From: a virus
Taxonomy: Duplodnaviria; Caudoviricetes
Virus record (IMG/VR): IMGVR_UViG_3300036791_000093
Coordinates: 1 to 54,684 of that record
Direction: 5' to 3' (one strand)
Length of the DNA: 54,684 bases
Within the stretch, counting starts at the first letter, position 1. Each line of letters starts with the position of its first letter. A program made the translations under genes and the position numbers. A model generated the notes under the pieces. It was given only the letters and a program-made list of their open reading frames with translations, searched no databases and was not told where the DNA came from. This document shows, piece by piece, positions 1 to 8,633 of this stretch.

Positions 1-127
1 ATATTAACAGAAAGCTTTTCCACGCGGGCCATTATGAGATTATAGCGGCTCGCTTTCGTGAGGCTTTCGAGCCTTTCGTGATGGGTAACAATGTCAATGG
101 TGAGAACAGTCGTGAACTTACGGCTCT
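1..127. repeat. Terminal direct repeat, identical to 54558..54684 (circular assembly overlap)
   Basis: ATATTAACAGAAAGC...TTACGGCTCT occurs at both ends. 127 nt is a common assembler k-mer length, and an ORF reads through the junction. Confidence 0.95.
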
Positions 128-266
128 TGCCAATCTGGCGTTGAGTCTTACCCGTAGGTTCGAGCTGGACAACTCTGACTTCGACCCTGTGCGGTTTTTG
201 TCAAGGTGTTCGCCTGATCCTACCACGTTCCAGATCGTTTACGAGCCAAAAGATGGGGGTGAGTAA

Positions 267-458
267 ATGTCTGTAGCTCATTCCGATTGGCTCAATCCGC
301 TGGAAAAGATGACTGTTCGTACAGCGGTGTCCAAACGGGAGAAGGAAGTGACACTTCGCAACGGAACCAAGATCATGTTCGACTATGATCGCAGGCCAGG
401 AATGATCTGGTTCAAAGTCGAGGGTCATGTGGCTCCGTGTGGCTGGTGGTCACTGTGA
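267..458 (+). CDS. Hypothetical protein
   Basis: GGGGGTGA RBS; abuts the upstream stop. Confidence 0.7.
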   Translation: MSVAHSDWLNPLEKMTVRTAVSKREKEVTLRNGTKIMFDYDRRPGMIWFKVEGHVAPCGWWSL

Positions 459-676
459 CCAAGACGAAGTATGATCCGTTTTGGTCAAAGCTCATCGAAG
501 CTCACGATACGATCGTCATGCATCCTGAGACTGAGGTGAGCATCGAGGTTGGGGATAAGCGGGCAACGTTGTTTGCCAAGCGTAACCCAGAAACACGTGA
601 ACTTGACGTAGTGATAGAAGTTCAGCTACTCAAGGTCACACACGCGCCGATTGAAAATCAAGGTGGTGATAGCTAG
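455..676 (+). CDS. Hypothetical protein
   Basis: GTGA start/stop overlap with the upstream gene; in frame with ORF 437..676. Confidence 0.7.
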   Translation: MTKTKYDPFWSKLIEAHDTIVMHPETEVSIEVGDKRATLFAKRNPETRELDVVIEVQLLKVTHAPIENQGGDS

Positions 677-1057
677 ATGGCAAAGCACGGACTGAGAACC
701 TCATTCGAGATGCAAACTCGCGATCGGTACACGAAAGTGAACTGTGAGCTTGGTTTGAATGTCGATGGTCGTGAGTTGCCCAACATGGAAGTGTTGGGTG
801 GCGCACTCGAAGAGGCATCCAAGCTCATTCAGGAGCGTGTTACCGAGTCTTACAAGGTAGTGCCTCCGCGTGATGCGTTCACTGATACCACGCAACCTGA
901 GCCTGTTCCACAAGTTCCGGCTGCTCCGGTAGCGAGTCCGGCCCCTGTTGCACAACCCGCACAGGTGCCTCAGCCTGCTCCGGTGGTTCCAGTGACTCCA
1001 ACGCCTGAGCCTACACCTGCTCCGGTGTTTCGTGATCCGAGGGTGAACGCTCAGTAA
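677..1057 (+). CDS. Hypothetical protein with Pro/Ala-rich C-terminal tail
   Basis: AGGTGG RBS, tight gene packing. Confidence 0.8.
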   Translation: MAKHGLRTSFEMQTRDRYTKVNCELGLNVDGRELPNMEVLGGALEEASKLIQERVTESYKVVPPRDAFTDTTQPEPVPQVPAAPVASPAPVAQPAQVPQPAPVVPVTPTPEPTPAPVFRDPRVNAQ

Positions 1058-1084
1058 ACCTCAACCGTAACGAGGGGGGGTTAA

Positions 1085-1438
1085 GTGAGTAGTGATTTAC
1101 CCCGTGGCTTGTCGAATCAGAAGATCGCGGAGTTGATGACTAAGAAGTCAACACGTGCTCCACGATCTTCTAATACCACGACAGGCATAGGTAACAAGAA
1201 AGTGAATCTCGAAGTGAGAGATTTCACAACGTGGTTCGCGTTACCTCATCACATCTTAGGACGTGATGGGATGGAACTGGCAACGTGCGAGAATCCAGAC
1301 TGTATCGACACACGTGACAAATCGCGTGGTCAAACGTGTGTGGATATTCACGGTACGTGGATTTGCCGGATCTGTTTCTTGGGCGGGTACCTTGTTAAAA
1401 ACCCCGCACAGGGTGGGCTGACGCCACAAGCAAGATGA
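1085..1438 (+). CDS. Putative Zn-finger protein
   Basis: CENPDC...CRIC motifs; G-rich RBS. Confidence 0.7.
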   Translation: MSSDLPRGLSNQKIAELMTKKSTRAPRSSNTTTGIGNKKVNLEVRDFTTWFALPHHILGRDGMELATCENPDCIDTRDKSRGQTCVDIHGTWICRICFLGGYLVKNPAQGGLTPQAR

Positions 1439-1926
1439 ACGGCGATAAGCGCAAAGCCTTGAAACGTCACACTTTTGAGTTCTACTCAGAACTCGAAAAG
1501 CGGTCGGAAGTGAATGAGTATGGAATACGTGTGTTCGTAGGTGAGTACACGAAGGTACTGACAGAGATGAAGGTATCGACAACTCACTGGTCTGCGATAC
1601 GCGAGATACTCATCACTTCCGGCTGCATCAGCATCGTACAGCGAGGTACGGCACACCAGCCGTCCATCGTTGTATTGATAACCGAGCCTACCGACGAAAA
1701 TTATTCGGCGGGAAGCTTGACAAGCGCGCCGCACCCTGCTATCCTAGTCGCATCGCTGGAGAAACGGGTAGCTGCCTTGGAAGCGTGGTTTATCACACTT
1801 GGCGGGGATAAAGTGAACTTCGCTGAAATCGTGAGAAACCACGAACGACGGATAACCAAGGTTGAAGTGGGTATGGAGAGAGCCAGCGAACCAAACCAAA
1901 CAACACCGAAAGGAAATAACCAATGA
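1435..1926 (+). CDS. Hypothetical protein, possible winged-helix plus coiled coil
   Basis: ATGA overlap; helix-helix-beta hairpin pattern followed by a heptad-like C-terminus. Confidence 0.7.
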   Translation: MNGDKRKALKRHTFEFYSELEKRSEVNEYGIRVFVGEYTKVLTEMKVSTTHWSAIREILITSGCISIVQRGTAHQPSIVVLITEPTDENYSAGSLTSAPHPAILVASLEKRVAALEAWFITLGGDKVNFAEIVRNHERRITKVEVGMERASEPNQTTPKGNNQ

Positions 1927-2309
1927 GTGCTACGGGACTTCCCGCAGCCCTGACTAACGACAAGATTCGCAATCTCTACGCGAATCGTCGCAAGAAGGGT
2001 CTGTATCTCGATCTGCTTCACAACTTCCTCGCGATGAACATCGCGGGTGTCGGTGCTCGTGAGACTTGGCCGACTGAGTTCCCGGTGGTCACCATCGATG
2101 AGGATGGTGAGAAGTCTGGCAAGCAGGTCACTTCCATCAAGCAGGGATTCGATAACGCGAAGGAGAAGAAGGACGCTCCTGAGGGTGCTGACAAGGTGGA
2201 CGTGATCGTCGATGGTGATGAGGTCTACCTCATCAACCGCGGAATCTACAACCCGGATGAGGTCGAGGCCGAGGTCGAGGTTCCCGATGTCGAGGCTGCC
2301 ACGGTCTAG
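1923..2309 (+). CDS. Hypothetical protein, paralog of 48555..48941
   Basis: AAAGGA RBS; shared motifs NDKI..LY..RR.KG.Y, RE.WP..F, QGF.NA, DVI..DG.EVY and an acidic tail. Confidence 0.85.
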   Translation: MSATGLPAALTNDKIRNLYANRRKKGLYLDLLHNFLAMNIAGVGARETWPTEFPVVTIDEDGEKSGKQVTSIKQGFDNAKEKKDAPEGADKVDVIVDGDEVYLINRGIYNPDEVEAEVEVPDVEAATV

Positions 2310-2315
2310 TAACAA

Positions 2316-2398
2316 ATCAAGCCTAGCCTTCATGGCTAGGCTTGATAGACTAGCTCTCAAGCGAATGCGGTCGCAGGGAGCTAGTCTATCAAGTCTAG
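2316..2398 (+). promoter_or_regulatory. Two overlapping, mutually exclusive intergenic hairpins
   Basis: ATCAAGCCTAGCC/GGCTAGGCTTGAT (2316-2346) overlaps CTTGATAGACTAGCTC/GAGCTAGTCTATCAAG (2341-2393). Confidence 0.75.
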
Positions 2399-2411
2399 TG
2401 GAGGTAATCAC

Positions 2412-2576
2412 ATGACACTCGAAGAGTTCATCAATCGTGAAATCAACGTGTGGTCGGAAGATTACATCTTCGATCTGCTCGATCGGGGTTACGAGCCTGT
2501 CGAGCTTATCTCGGACACGGGACAAACCAAGTGGTCATGGGTAAAGCCGGTTACGGTGGAAATCCCAGTAAACTAG
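2412..2576 (+). CDS. Small hypothetical protein (54 aa, not in ORF track)
   Basis: GGAGGT RBS; MTLEEFINREINVWSEDYIFDLLDRGYEP... Confidence 0.75.
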   Translation: MTLEEFINREINVWSEDYIFDLLDRGYEPVELISDTGQTKWSWVKPVTVEIPVN

Positions 2577-2578
2577 GT

Positions 2579-2607
2579 TTGACAAAGGCTGGGATTTGTG
2601 CTACCGT
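2579..2607 (+). promoter_or_regulatory. Sigma70/SigA-type promoter
   Basis: TTGACA-17 nt-TACCGT with extended -10 TG; spacer ends GATTTGTGC as at 5748 and 53484. Confidence 0.85.
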
Positions 2608-2612
2608 TAGGG

Positions 2613-2703
2613 AGGCGGCGGGTAACCGTTTCTCCCGTTTCGGTTACCACGCCTGTTGCGGCAAACGGGGTTGAGCAGCTTGTCGAGTGCTCCCCCGTTT
2701 GCC
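2613..2703 (+). ncRNA. Candidate sRNA or structured leader with anti-RBS loop
   Basis: Stem GGTAACCG/CGGTTACC with loop TTTCTCCCGTTT; second stem GGCAAACGGGG..GAGCA/TGCTC.CCCCGTTTGCC; starts right after the promoter. Confidence 0.6.
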
Positions 2704-3114
2704 AGCTTTCCTGAGATTGAAGTATGCCCCTCGTGTGGCGAATTTGTCGATAGTCTCGAAGATGTTACTGGTTGGTGTAGGTCGTGTTCAGGTACAGTAA
2801 TCCACGAACACACTAGTAACAAGTTTGAGATGGCATTAGCGGCAAATGCAGACGCGATTGAATACTACACCAGGATAACAACAGTCAGTGGTGGTAGTAT
2901 AACAGTACGTCAAGCGTTGAAACTAGCGCGACAAGACAGAGCAATCTGTGTAGTGTGTGGTAAACCTATGCCACGTGCCCCACGGAATGCTGTGTTCTGT
3001 CGCAGGTTTCAATTGTGTCGTCGTTATTCAAGACGATACGTTTACCTGTATACAGAGCGAAAACCACCGATGACCAAAGCTGTAGCATTAGCCACAGTCC
3101 TCGGTGAGTTATAA
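2680..3114 (+). CDS. Multi-Zn-finger protein (start uncertain: 2656, 2671 or 2680)
   Basis: CPSC, CRSC, CVVC and CRRFQLC motifs; AAACGGGG upstream of TTG 2680. Confidence 0.7.
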   Translation: MSSAPPFASFPEIEVCPSCGEFVDSLEDVTGWCRSCSGTVIHEHTSNKFEMALAANADAIEYYTRITTVSGGSITVRQALKLARQDRAICVVCGKPMPRAPRNAVFCRRFQLCRRYSRRYVYLYTERKPPMTKAVALATVLGEL

Positions 3115-3128
3115 ACACGGGAGAAAAC

Positions 3129-4757
3129 ATGAGCGAAATGCTGACCCGGAGGCCGCTTCTTAAGAAGAAGCCAACCGGGAAATTCAAGATGCGTGACTTC
3201 CAAGAGGAAGATATCGCATACATGGATGACATCAGCCGCGGCTCTTGTAACTGGTCTGAGATGGGAAGCTTCAAAACAACCACCGCTGAGTGGTTGATTG
3301 AGCTTAAGACTAAGGACATTCCTAATCCGCGTGTCCTTGTCATCACCACAAAGACTGGTAAGGGGCCGTATCTGGAGTCTCTGTGGGAAGTTCTCCCGGA
3401 GTGGGATATCTATACGGTTGGGACTAAGAAGTTCCAATTCGTTGTAGGTGCTCGTCCTGCTCCGTGGGACGTGTCTCTTCCTAGTCCTCTGAAAATGCGT
3501 CCGACGATCGTGCTAGCGCACTATCACTGTTTCACCAATCGGGCGTGTGTTCCACAAGAGGTCAAAGAGAAGATCAACGTTGCTGGTAGGGAAATCACTA
3601 GGCCAGTCATCGATCCTGAGACTGGTTTGGTGAAGATGATCGTCCCTCGATGCAATGAGTTGTTCACCAAGCATTGGGATATGATCGTGGTCGATGAGGC
3701 CCATCGTATCAAGAATCACGATGCTCAGTGGACACGCAACATCAAGAAGCTCAAGGCTCCGTATCGTCACATCATGACTGGTACGGGATTTGTCAACAAT
3801 CCAGCAGAGATTTGGAGTCTGCTTGATTTCGTGTGGCCCGGTGCCAACAGTCCACATCACGCGGTTGTCGGTACTAAGGGTTATTGGGGATTCCGCGAAT
3901 ACTTCTGTGAAGAGGATAACTTCGCAGGATACAGAAAGATCGTGGGAATCAAGCCCAAGAAGGAAGCGGAGTTCAAGGAGCTGGTTCGTAGCGTTGGCGT
4001 GAGACGCACGATGTTGGAGTGTTTCCCCGACATCAAGGAACCGATGGAAACTGTGGTTCCTGTGGAGTTGTCGCCTACACAGAGGCGCATGTACGAGCAG
4101 ATTAAGCAGATGCTTATGACGATGGATGCGAATGGTACTCCGCTTCACAGTCCGTCGGTTCTGGCTATGCTTAGTAGGCTGCGTCAGATTGCTATCGCAA
4201 CTCCCGAGGTTGTCAGTGAGAGATACGACGAGATACTGGAAAAGCGTGTCGTCGAAGTCAAGCTCACTGAGCCTAGCTCCAAGTTGGATGCCTGCATGGA
4301 AGTGATTGAAGGACTGGAATGGGACTCTGATCGTAAAGATCAGGTTGTCGTGTTCTCCAACTTCAAGCAGCCACTCGAATTGCTCAAGAAGAGGTTCGAC
4401 AAGGCTGGTATCACTTACTTGCACATGGTAGCCAGCATGAACGAGAAGCAGCGGTATGAGTTGTGGCACGAAACTTGGCCGAAGGGTGAACATCAGGTAT
4501 TTCTTAGCACGCTGGATCTTGGTGCTGAGTCAATCAATCTCACCGCAGCTCACAGGGCAATCTTCCTCGATCAACACTGGAGTCCTGCAAAGAACGCACA
4601 GGCAATCGGTCGTGTGTATCGTCCTGGTCAGACTGGTGCGGTTCAGTTGATCTACATCAGAGCGACTGGTACGGTGGACTACAGGGTTCTCGATGCTGTC
4701 AACGAGAAGAGGGGTTGGTTTAGGCAGATTTTCGGAGCAGATGAGGACGATGAGTAG
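3129..4757 (+). CDS. SNF2-family (SF2) helicase
   Basis: SEMGSFKT (motif I variant), VVDEAH, MTGT, VVVFS, ESINLT, QAIGRVYRPGQ. Confidence 0.93.
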   Translation: MSEMLTRRPLLKKKPTGKFKMRDFQEEDIAYMDDISRGSCNWSEMGSFKTTTAEWLIELKTKDIPNPRVLVITTKTGKGPYLESLWEVLPEWDIYTVGTKKFQFVVGARPAPWDVSLPSPLKMRPTIVLAHYHCFTNRACVPQEVKEKINVAGREITRPVIDPETGLVKMIVPRCNELFTKHWDMIVVDEAHRIKNHDAQWTRNIKKLKAPYRHIMTGTGFVNNPAEIWSLLDFVWPGANSPHHAVVGTKGYWGFREYFCEEDNFAGYRKIVGIKPKKEAEFKELVRSVGVRRTMLECFPDIKEPMETVVPVELSPTQRRMYEQIKQMLMTMDANGTPLHSPSVLAMLSRLRQIAIATPEVVSERYDEILEKRVVEVKLTEPSSKLDACMEVIEGLEWDSDRKDQVVVFSNFKQPLELLKKRFDKAGITYLHMVASMNEKQRYELWHETWPKGEHQVFLSTLDLGAESINLTAAHRAIFLDQHWSPAKNAQAIGRVYRPGQTGAVQLIYIRATGTVDYRVLDAVNEKRGWFRQIFGADEDDE

Positions 4758-4971
4758 TCAGGAGAGAATCCAATTCGCGAAGGATCACGCGCCCAGCTAT
4801 TTCAATCTGCTGGACGATGGTGCTCCTTTCACCTGTCGTGAGTGTGGTGAGCAATCTCGCAAAGGGATGATAGTCACTTACACTCCCGATGGTAAGCCGC
4901 CTGTCACGCTTCACTATGACTGTGCGGATGAGGACTGGATCAAAAAAGCTACTTGCTACGGAGCCATCTAG
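4750..4971 (+). CDS. Small Zn-binding protein
   Basis: CREC...HYDC; overlaps the helicase stop. Confidence 0.65.
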   Translation: MSSQERIQFAKDHAPSYFNLLDDGAPFTCRECGEQSRKGMIVTYTPDGKPPVTLHYDCADEDWIKKATCYGAI

Positions 4972-4973
4972 CG

Positions 4974-5342
4974 TTGGCCCACTACTTCGACAGGGATGGG
5001 TGGCCCATTCATATGCTTGAATGGGCTGCCCTGCACGTAAACGATGAATACATCATCGTCAAGCAAGAAGATGTCGGTAGTTTCTGGGTTTCGACCGTCT
5101 GGATAGGATTGGATATGAGTGGTTCTTATAGGGAGCCACTCATCTTCGAGACGATGGTGTTCCAGGATGACATGCAAGCGGTTCTACAACAGCGTTACGC
5201 CACGGAAGAAGAGGCTAAGAAAGGTCACGATCAAATCGTGAATGACCTCAAGAAGTCTCTGGAAGAGATCGAAACTCTTACAAACGGGAGCGCAAGTGAC
5301 ACTTCTACTCCAAGTCAAGGGACTGATAGAGAGTCAGATTGA
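4974..5342 (+). CDS. Hypothetical phage protein
   Basis: VSTVWIGLD...PLIFETMVF...RYATEEEA..GH pattern, recalled from phage hypothetical proteins; GGAG RBS. Confidence 0.75.
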   Translation: MAHYFDRDGWPIHMLEWAALHVNDEYIIVKQEDVGSFWVSTVWIGLDMSGSYREPLIFETMVFQDDMQAVLQQRYATEEEAKKGHDQIVNDLKKSLEEIETLTNGSASDTSTPSQGTDRESD

Positions 5343-5505
5343 GTTTGAGTGGGATATGGGAACGGAGTTTGCATCCCAGCTACTCAACGACATCAATCTC
5401 GCAGCCTCACGTCAAGCACCGTTTCGTATCGATACCGAGGATTACAAGATTTACTGGGCCGGTACGATCCTTCGTGTAGACATTCCGAAGGCATCGGTGA
5501 GCTAG
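5296..5505 (+). CDS. Hypothetical protein
   Basis: GTG preceded by the AAACGGGAG motif. Confidence 0.65.
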   Translation: MTLLLQVKGLIESQIEFEWDMGTEFASQLLNDINLAASRQAPFRIDTEDYKIYWAGTILRVDIPKASVS

Positions 5506-5747
5506 ATGAATGGCAAGAGCAAGACTGTTCATCAGCTAAGACTGGATGCACAGACGCAAGCACGTAAAGAGCGTGCAGCGTGGGCGCGTAGCGTTGATCG
5601 TGTGTCATTTGACGAATGGGTCAGACACACAGTTTCGCTTTACGTGTGGCGCCAGTTCTAATCAGGTTGCGTGGAAACGGGTTAAATCCTGGAAGCGGGG
5701 CTTAGCCCGTTTACGCATTTCTCATGGAAGAAAATTTTCAGATTTGC

Positions 5748-5776
5748 TTGCAATTGTTAGCGATTTGTGCTAGACT
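5748..5776 (+). promoter_or_regulatory. SigA-type promoter
   Basis: TTGCAA-17-TAGACT with GATTTGTGC spacer motif. Confidence 0.75.
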
Positions 5777-5846
5777 CTGCCCTTCGCGCCGATCGTAACG
5801 ACTCGGCTAACGCGCAAACCGCGCCAAACCACGAAACGGGAGAGAC

Positions 5847-6065
5847 GTGGATATGGCAGAAATTCGCCTTACCGATGGGCAGGTGGCTCTCGTTGACGAC
5901 GAGGATTTCGAGCGTGTATCGCAATTCACATGGCAACCTATAAAGATAAACGGGAATACGCACGCAGGGACTTACGACATACCAACGCCGGACGGACGAC
6001 CTGTGTTAATGGAAAACCTCGTTATGCATCTAGCAGAAATCGATAAAGCTAGTAGAGAAAACTGA
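5847..6065 (+). CDS. N-terminal module of HNH-AP2-type homing endonucleases, nuclease domain absent (possible remnant)
   Basis: IRLTDGQVALVDDEDFERVSQFTW resembles the N-termini of 16167..16577 and 45113..45589. Confidence 0.6.
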   Translation: MDMAEIRLTDGQVALVDDEDFERVSQFTWQPIKINGNTHAGTYDIPTPDGRPVLMENLVMHLAEIDKASREN

Positions 6066-6589
6066 TGTTACTACCAAAAGAACTCAGAGAAATTTCAGGT
6101 TTCCCTGGTTATTTTGTTTCTTCTGGTGGTAGAGTCTTTTCGACTTTCTACAATAGAGGCACAGATTTCAGAGAACTCAAACTTAAACGCGGTTGGCACG
6201 GTTATATGGAAGTAACTTTGTATTCTTCTGGGGATTCTCCTAAAACCATGTTAGTCCACAGAATTGTAGCCCTAGCTTGGCTACCTGCCCCAGAAAATTC
6301 TTCATTTATACAGGTTCGACATTTAGATGATGATCCAACCAATAACGAGGTTAGTAATCTTGCTTGGGGTACTGCTGCAACAAACAATCGAGAACGTTCT
6401 ACTACTCTTCTAACAGAACAAAAAGTGAGAGAAATAAAAGAACTTCTCAAAATACATAGAAGATCGCGCGGAGAAACTGGACATGCAGACGGTAAATTAA
6501 CTTACGCAGAAATAGGAAAAATGTATGGTGTATCGAAACTTACAATTTCTTCTATAGCAAATGGGAAGAGTTGGAGAGATGTTGACTGA
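6065..6589 (+). CDS. NUMOD4-HNH homing endonuclease with C-terminal HTH
   Basis: GYFVSSGGRV (NUMOD4), VHRIVA, VRHLDDDPTNNEVSNLAW, LTYAEIGKMYGVSKLTIS; AT-rich. Confidence 0.9.
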   Translation: MLLPKELREISGFPGYFVSSGGRVFSTFYNRGTDFRELKLKRGWHGYMEVTLYSSGDSPKTMLVHRIVALAWLPAPENSSFIQVRHLDDDPTNNEVSNLAWGTAATNNRERSTTLLTEQKVREIKELLKIHRRSRGETGHADGKLTYAEIGKMYGVSKLTISSIANGKSWRDVD

Positions 6590-7859
6590 GATCGCTCAAA
6601 CAGCGTCAGGTCTGTATAAGCCCCCAGAGATACCTAATAAATTTGACATCATTCCAATCCATAATTCTGACCGTGCATCGTTTAAACACTGTCGCAGATA
6701 CTTTGATTGGTCTAGTCCGACTCGTCATAATCTTAGCCTACGTGCAGATACACTTGGAATCAATACGGATCTTTTCTTCGGAACCGGGATACACTACGCA
6801 CTCGAACAATACTACCACCCAGGACTTAGACGTGATCCGGTAGAGTCATGGAGAACTTGGTTTGATGTTCAGTGGAGAGGCGGTACAGTAACAGAAGATT
6901 GGCTGGATAAGGTGTATGATCTGGCTCCCAAAGCGGTCGGGGGCGTCGATAATGGGAAGCCAGATCATAGACTTTATCTAGTAAGAGGCTTGCAGGACAT
7001 TCTTCCTGATGCCGATAGTGAACTGTATGATGAATTGTTCACACTCGGCGTTGAAATGATGACTGCGTATAAGCCTTATGCTGCTAGGAAAGATGAGTTT
7101 GAAGTCCTAGTAGTTGAGCATGATTTCTCAATCCCCGTATGGGATTTTGAGAATGAGTGCATCCTCACCGCTGTAGATTTGCGTGAGCAATCACCTAACT
7201 ACGGTAAGCGGTTAGAGGTACATTCTCGTGGTCGTATGGATGCCATTTGGCAGAAGCCTAGTGGTAAGTACGGCATCATCGACCACAAGACATCAAGCCG
7301 GATAGACGATGACTACTTTGATAAGTTGGAGACTGATGAGCAGGTCACGTCATACGCTCATGCAGCCGAAATTGAAGCCAAGTATTACGGACTTCCGTAT
7401 GCTGGTTTCCAAGTCGAGGAAGTGGTGTATAATGTACTCCGCAAGACATTCCCGCGTCCTCCTACGATGGTTCGTTCTGGCCTATTCTCCGTCGATAGAC
7501 AAAACGAATCAACCACATACGAAATGCTTATGGAGTTCATCCAGCAGAACAACATCGACATCGAATCGCTCGACGAGAAGCATCAGGCGTACATCGCATA
7601 CGTGCGGGATTCGGGCGTAGAACAGTGGTTCATTCGTAAGCTGGTAAGACGGAATCGTAGTCAGCTACAACAAGCCGGATATAGGCTGTACCTTGAAAGC
7701 CTAGACATGCTTGACCCGGATCTGCGTATCTATCCCAACTTGTCAAACAACTACAGGTGTATGCGTTGCCAGTTCCGCGCGCCATGTCTGATGATCGAAT
7801 CAGGAAATGATTGGCAGAGCGTACTGGAAAGCAACTACACGCACAGTCGGGATCGCTAA
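6579..7859 (+). CDS. Cas4/AddB-like PD-(D/E)XK exonuclease
   Basis: FKHCRR, GTGIHYALE, GRMD, IIDHKT, QVTSY, C-terminal CMRCQFRAPC (Fe-S ligands). Confidence 0.88.
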   Translation: MLTEIAQTASGLYKPPEIPNKFDIIPIHNSDRASFKHCRRYFDWSSPTRHNLSLRADTLGINTDLFFGTGIHYALEQYYHPGLRRDPVESWRTWFDVQWRGGTVTEDWLDKVYDLAPKAVGGVDNGKPDHRLYLVRGLQDILPDADSELYDELFTLGVEMMTAYKPYAARKDEFEVLVVEHDFSIPVWDFENECILTAVDLREQSPNYGKRLEVHSRGRMDAIWQKPSGKYGIIDHKTSSRIDDDYFDKLETDEQVTSYAHAAEIEAKYYGLPYAGFQVEEVVYNVLRKTFPRPPTMVRSGLFSVDRQNESTTYEMLMEFIQQNNIDIESLDEKHQAYIAYVRDSGVEQWFIRKLVRRNRSQLQQAGYRLYLESLDMLDPDLRIYPNLSNNYRCMRCQFRAPCLMIESGNDWQSVLESNYTHSRDR

Positions 7860-7955
7860 TTCGATTGAAAGCGATTAGTCTCCAAGGTTCCCATTAAGCA
7901 TCTGGAGCCAAGGTGCGCACGCAGGGAATACAGGGACTAATCGCTGTCAATCGAA
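7860..7955 (+). promoter_or_regulatory. Long intergenic stem-loop
   Basis: TTCGATTGA-A-AGCGATTAGTC pairs with GACTAATCGCT-G-TCAATCGAA around a ~50-nt loop. Confidence 0.75.
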
Positions 7956-7968
7956 GGAAAGGAGTGTC

Positions 7969-8130
7969 ATGGAAACAACGGAAACTCCGCAGCCGAGTGG
8001 TGATCCCACTGGCGAGCCTGGCATCGAAGGCCCGCCTGGTATCGAGAATCCGGTTGACCCGGATACCACAGAGGAAGAGAACGGCAACGACAACGATGAG
8101 GCCAACGAAGGTAACGGAGCCGACGAGTAA
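7969..8130 (+). CDS. Small highly acidic protein (53 aa, not in ORF track)
   Basis: AAAGGAG RBS; METTETPQPSGDPTGEPG...DEANEGNGADE contains no K, R or H. Confidence 0.75.
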   Translation: METTETPQPSGDPTGEPGIEGPPGIENPVDPDTTEEENGNDNDEANEGNGADE

Positions 8131-8135
8131 CAATC

Positions 8136-8633
8136 ATGCCACTTGATCCAACCGAAATAGCTAAACTCTACGCCAAGAAAGAAAAGCCTAAAGCGGTAGC
8201 TAGAGTCGCAGCTAAAGCCACAAGCACGCATTTTGAAACACTCCCTATGCCTGGCTTCGTGCGTTCGCTTGATCCAACGAAGAAAACGACACGTTGCTGT
8301 AGTAGGGGCTGCATGACAAGCGCACACTGGACTGTAAGAGGAATCCCGTACTGCGAGATTCACACAGTTCGGACGCTAGGGTACATGCTGGCTGAGTTAG
8401 CTGGTGAGGAAGTCCAGAGTAACGCACCTGGATATCCTAGTCCAATCGATGTCATGGAGTTGCTGGACATTCTGTTTGATGTCTTGCAAGACACGCAAGA
8501 AGCTTACGATTACATCGAACGTATCGAGAAAGTGATGACTGAAACTGGTTATCCAAACCTTCGACGACAATACGATGTATTCAACGAGCTAAGGAGACAA
8601 AGGGAAAGTGTCGGTAGCAGCAATACAACCTGA
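8136..8633 (+). CDS. Hypothetical protein with Cys/His cluster
   Basis: CCSRGC...YCEIH. Confidence 0.7.
   Translation: MPLDPTEIAKLYAKKEKPKAVARVAAKATSTHFETLPMPGFVRSLDPTKKTTRCCSRGCMTSAHWTVRGIPYCEIHTVRTLGYMLAELAGEEVQSNAPGYPSPIDVMELLDILFDVLQDTQEAYDYIERIEKVMTETGYPNLRRQYDVFNELRRQRESVGSSNTT

Noticed and set aside
3513-4493. Long antisense ORFs (also 1701..2525, 12473..13093, 28095..28736, 37388..37954)
   Set aside because: Shadow frames of well-supported genes on the opposite strand, with no motifs or RBS.
6579-7859. Cas4-like gene as part of a CRISPR system
   Set aside because: No cas1/cas2 or repeat-spacer array; the exonuclease-AAA-SSB context is a standard phage recombination module.
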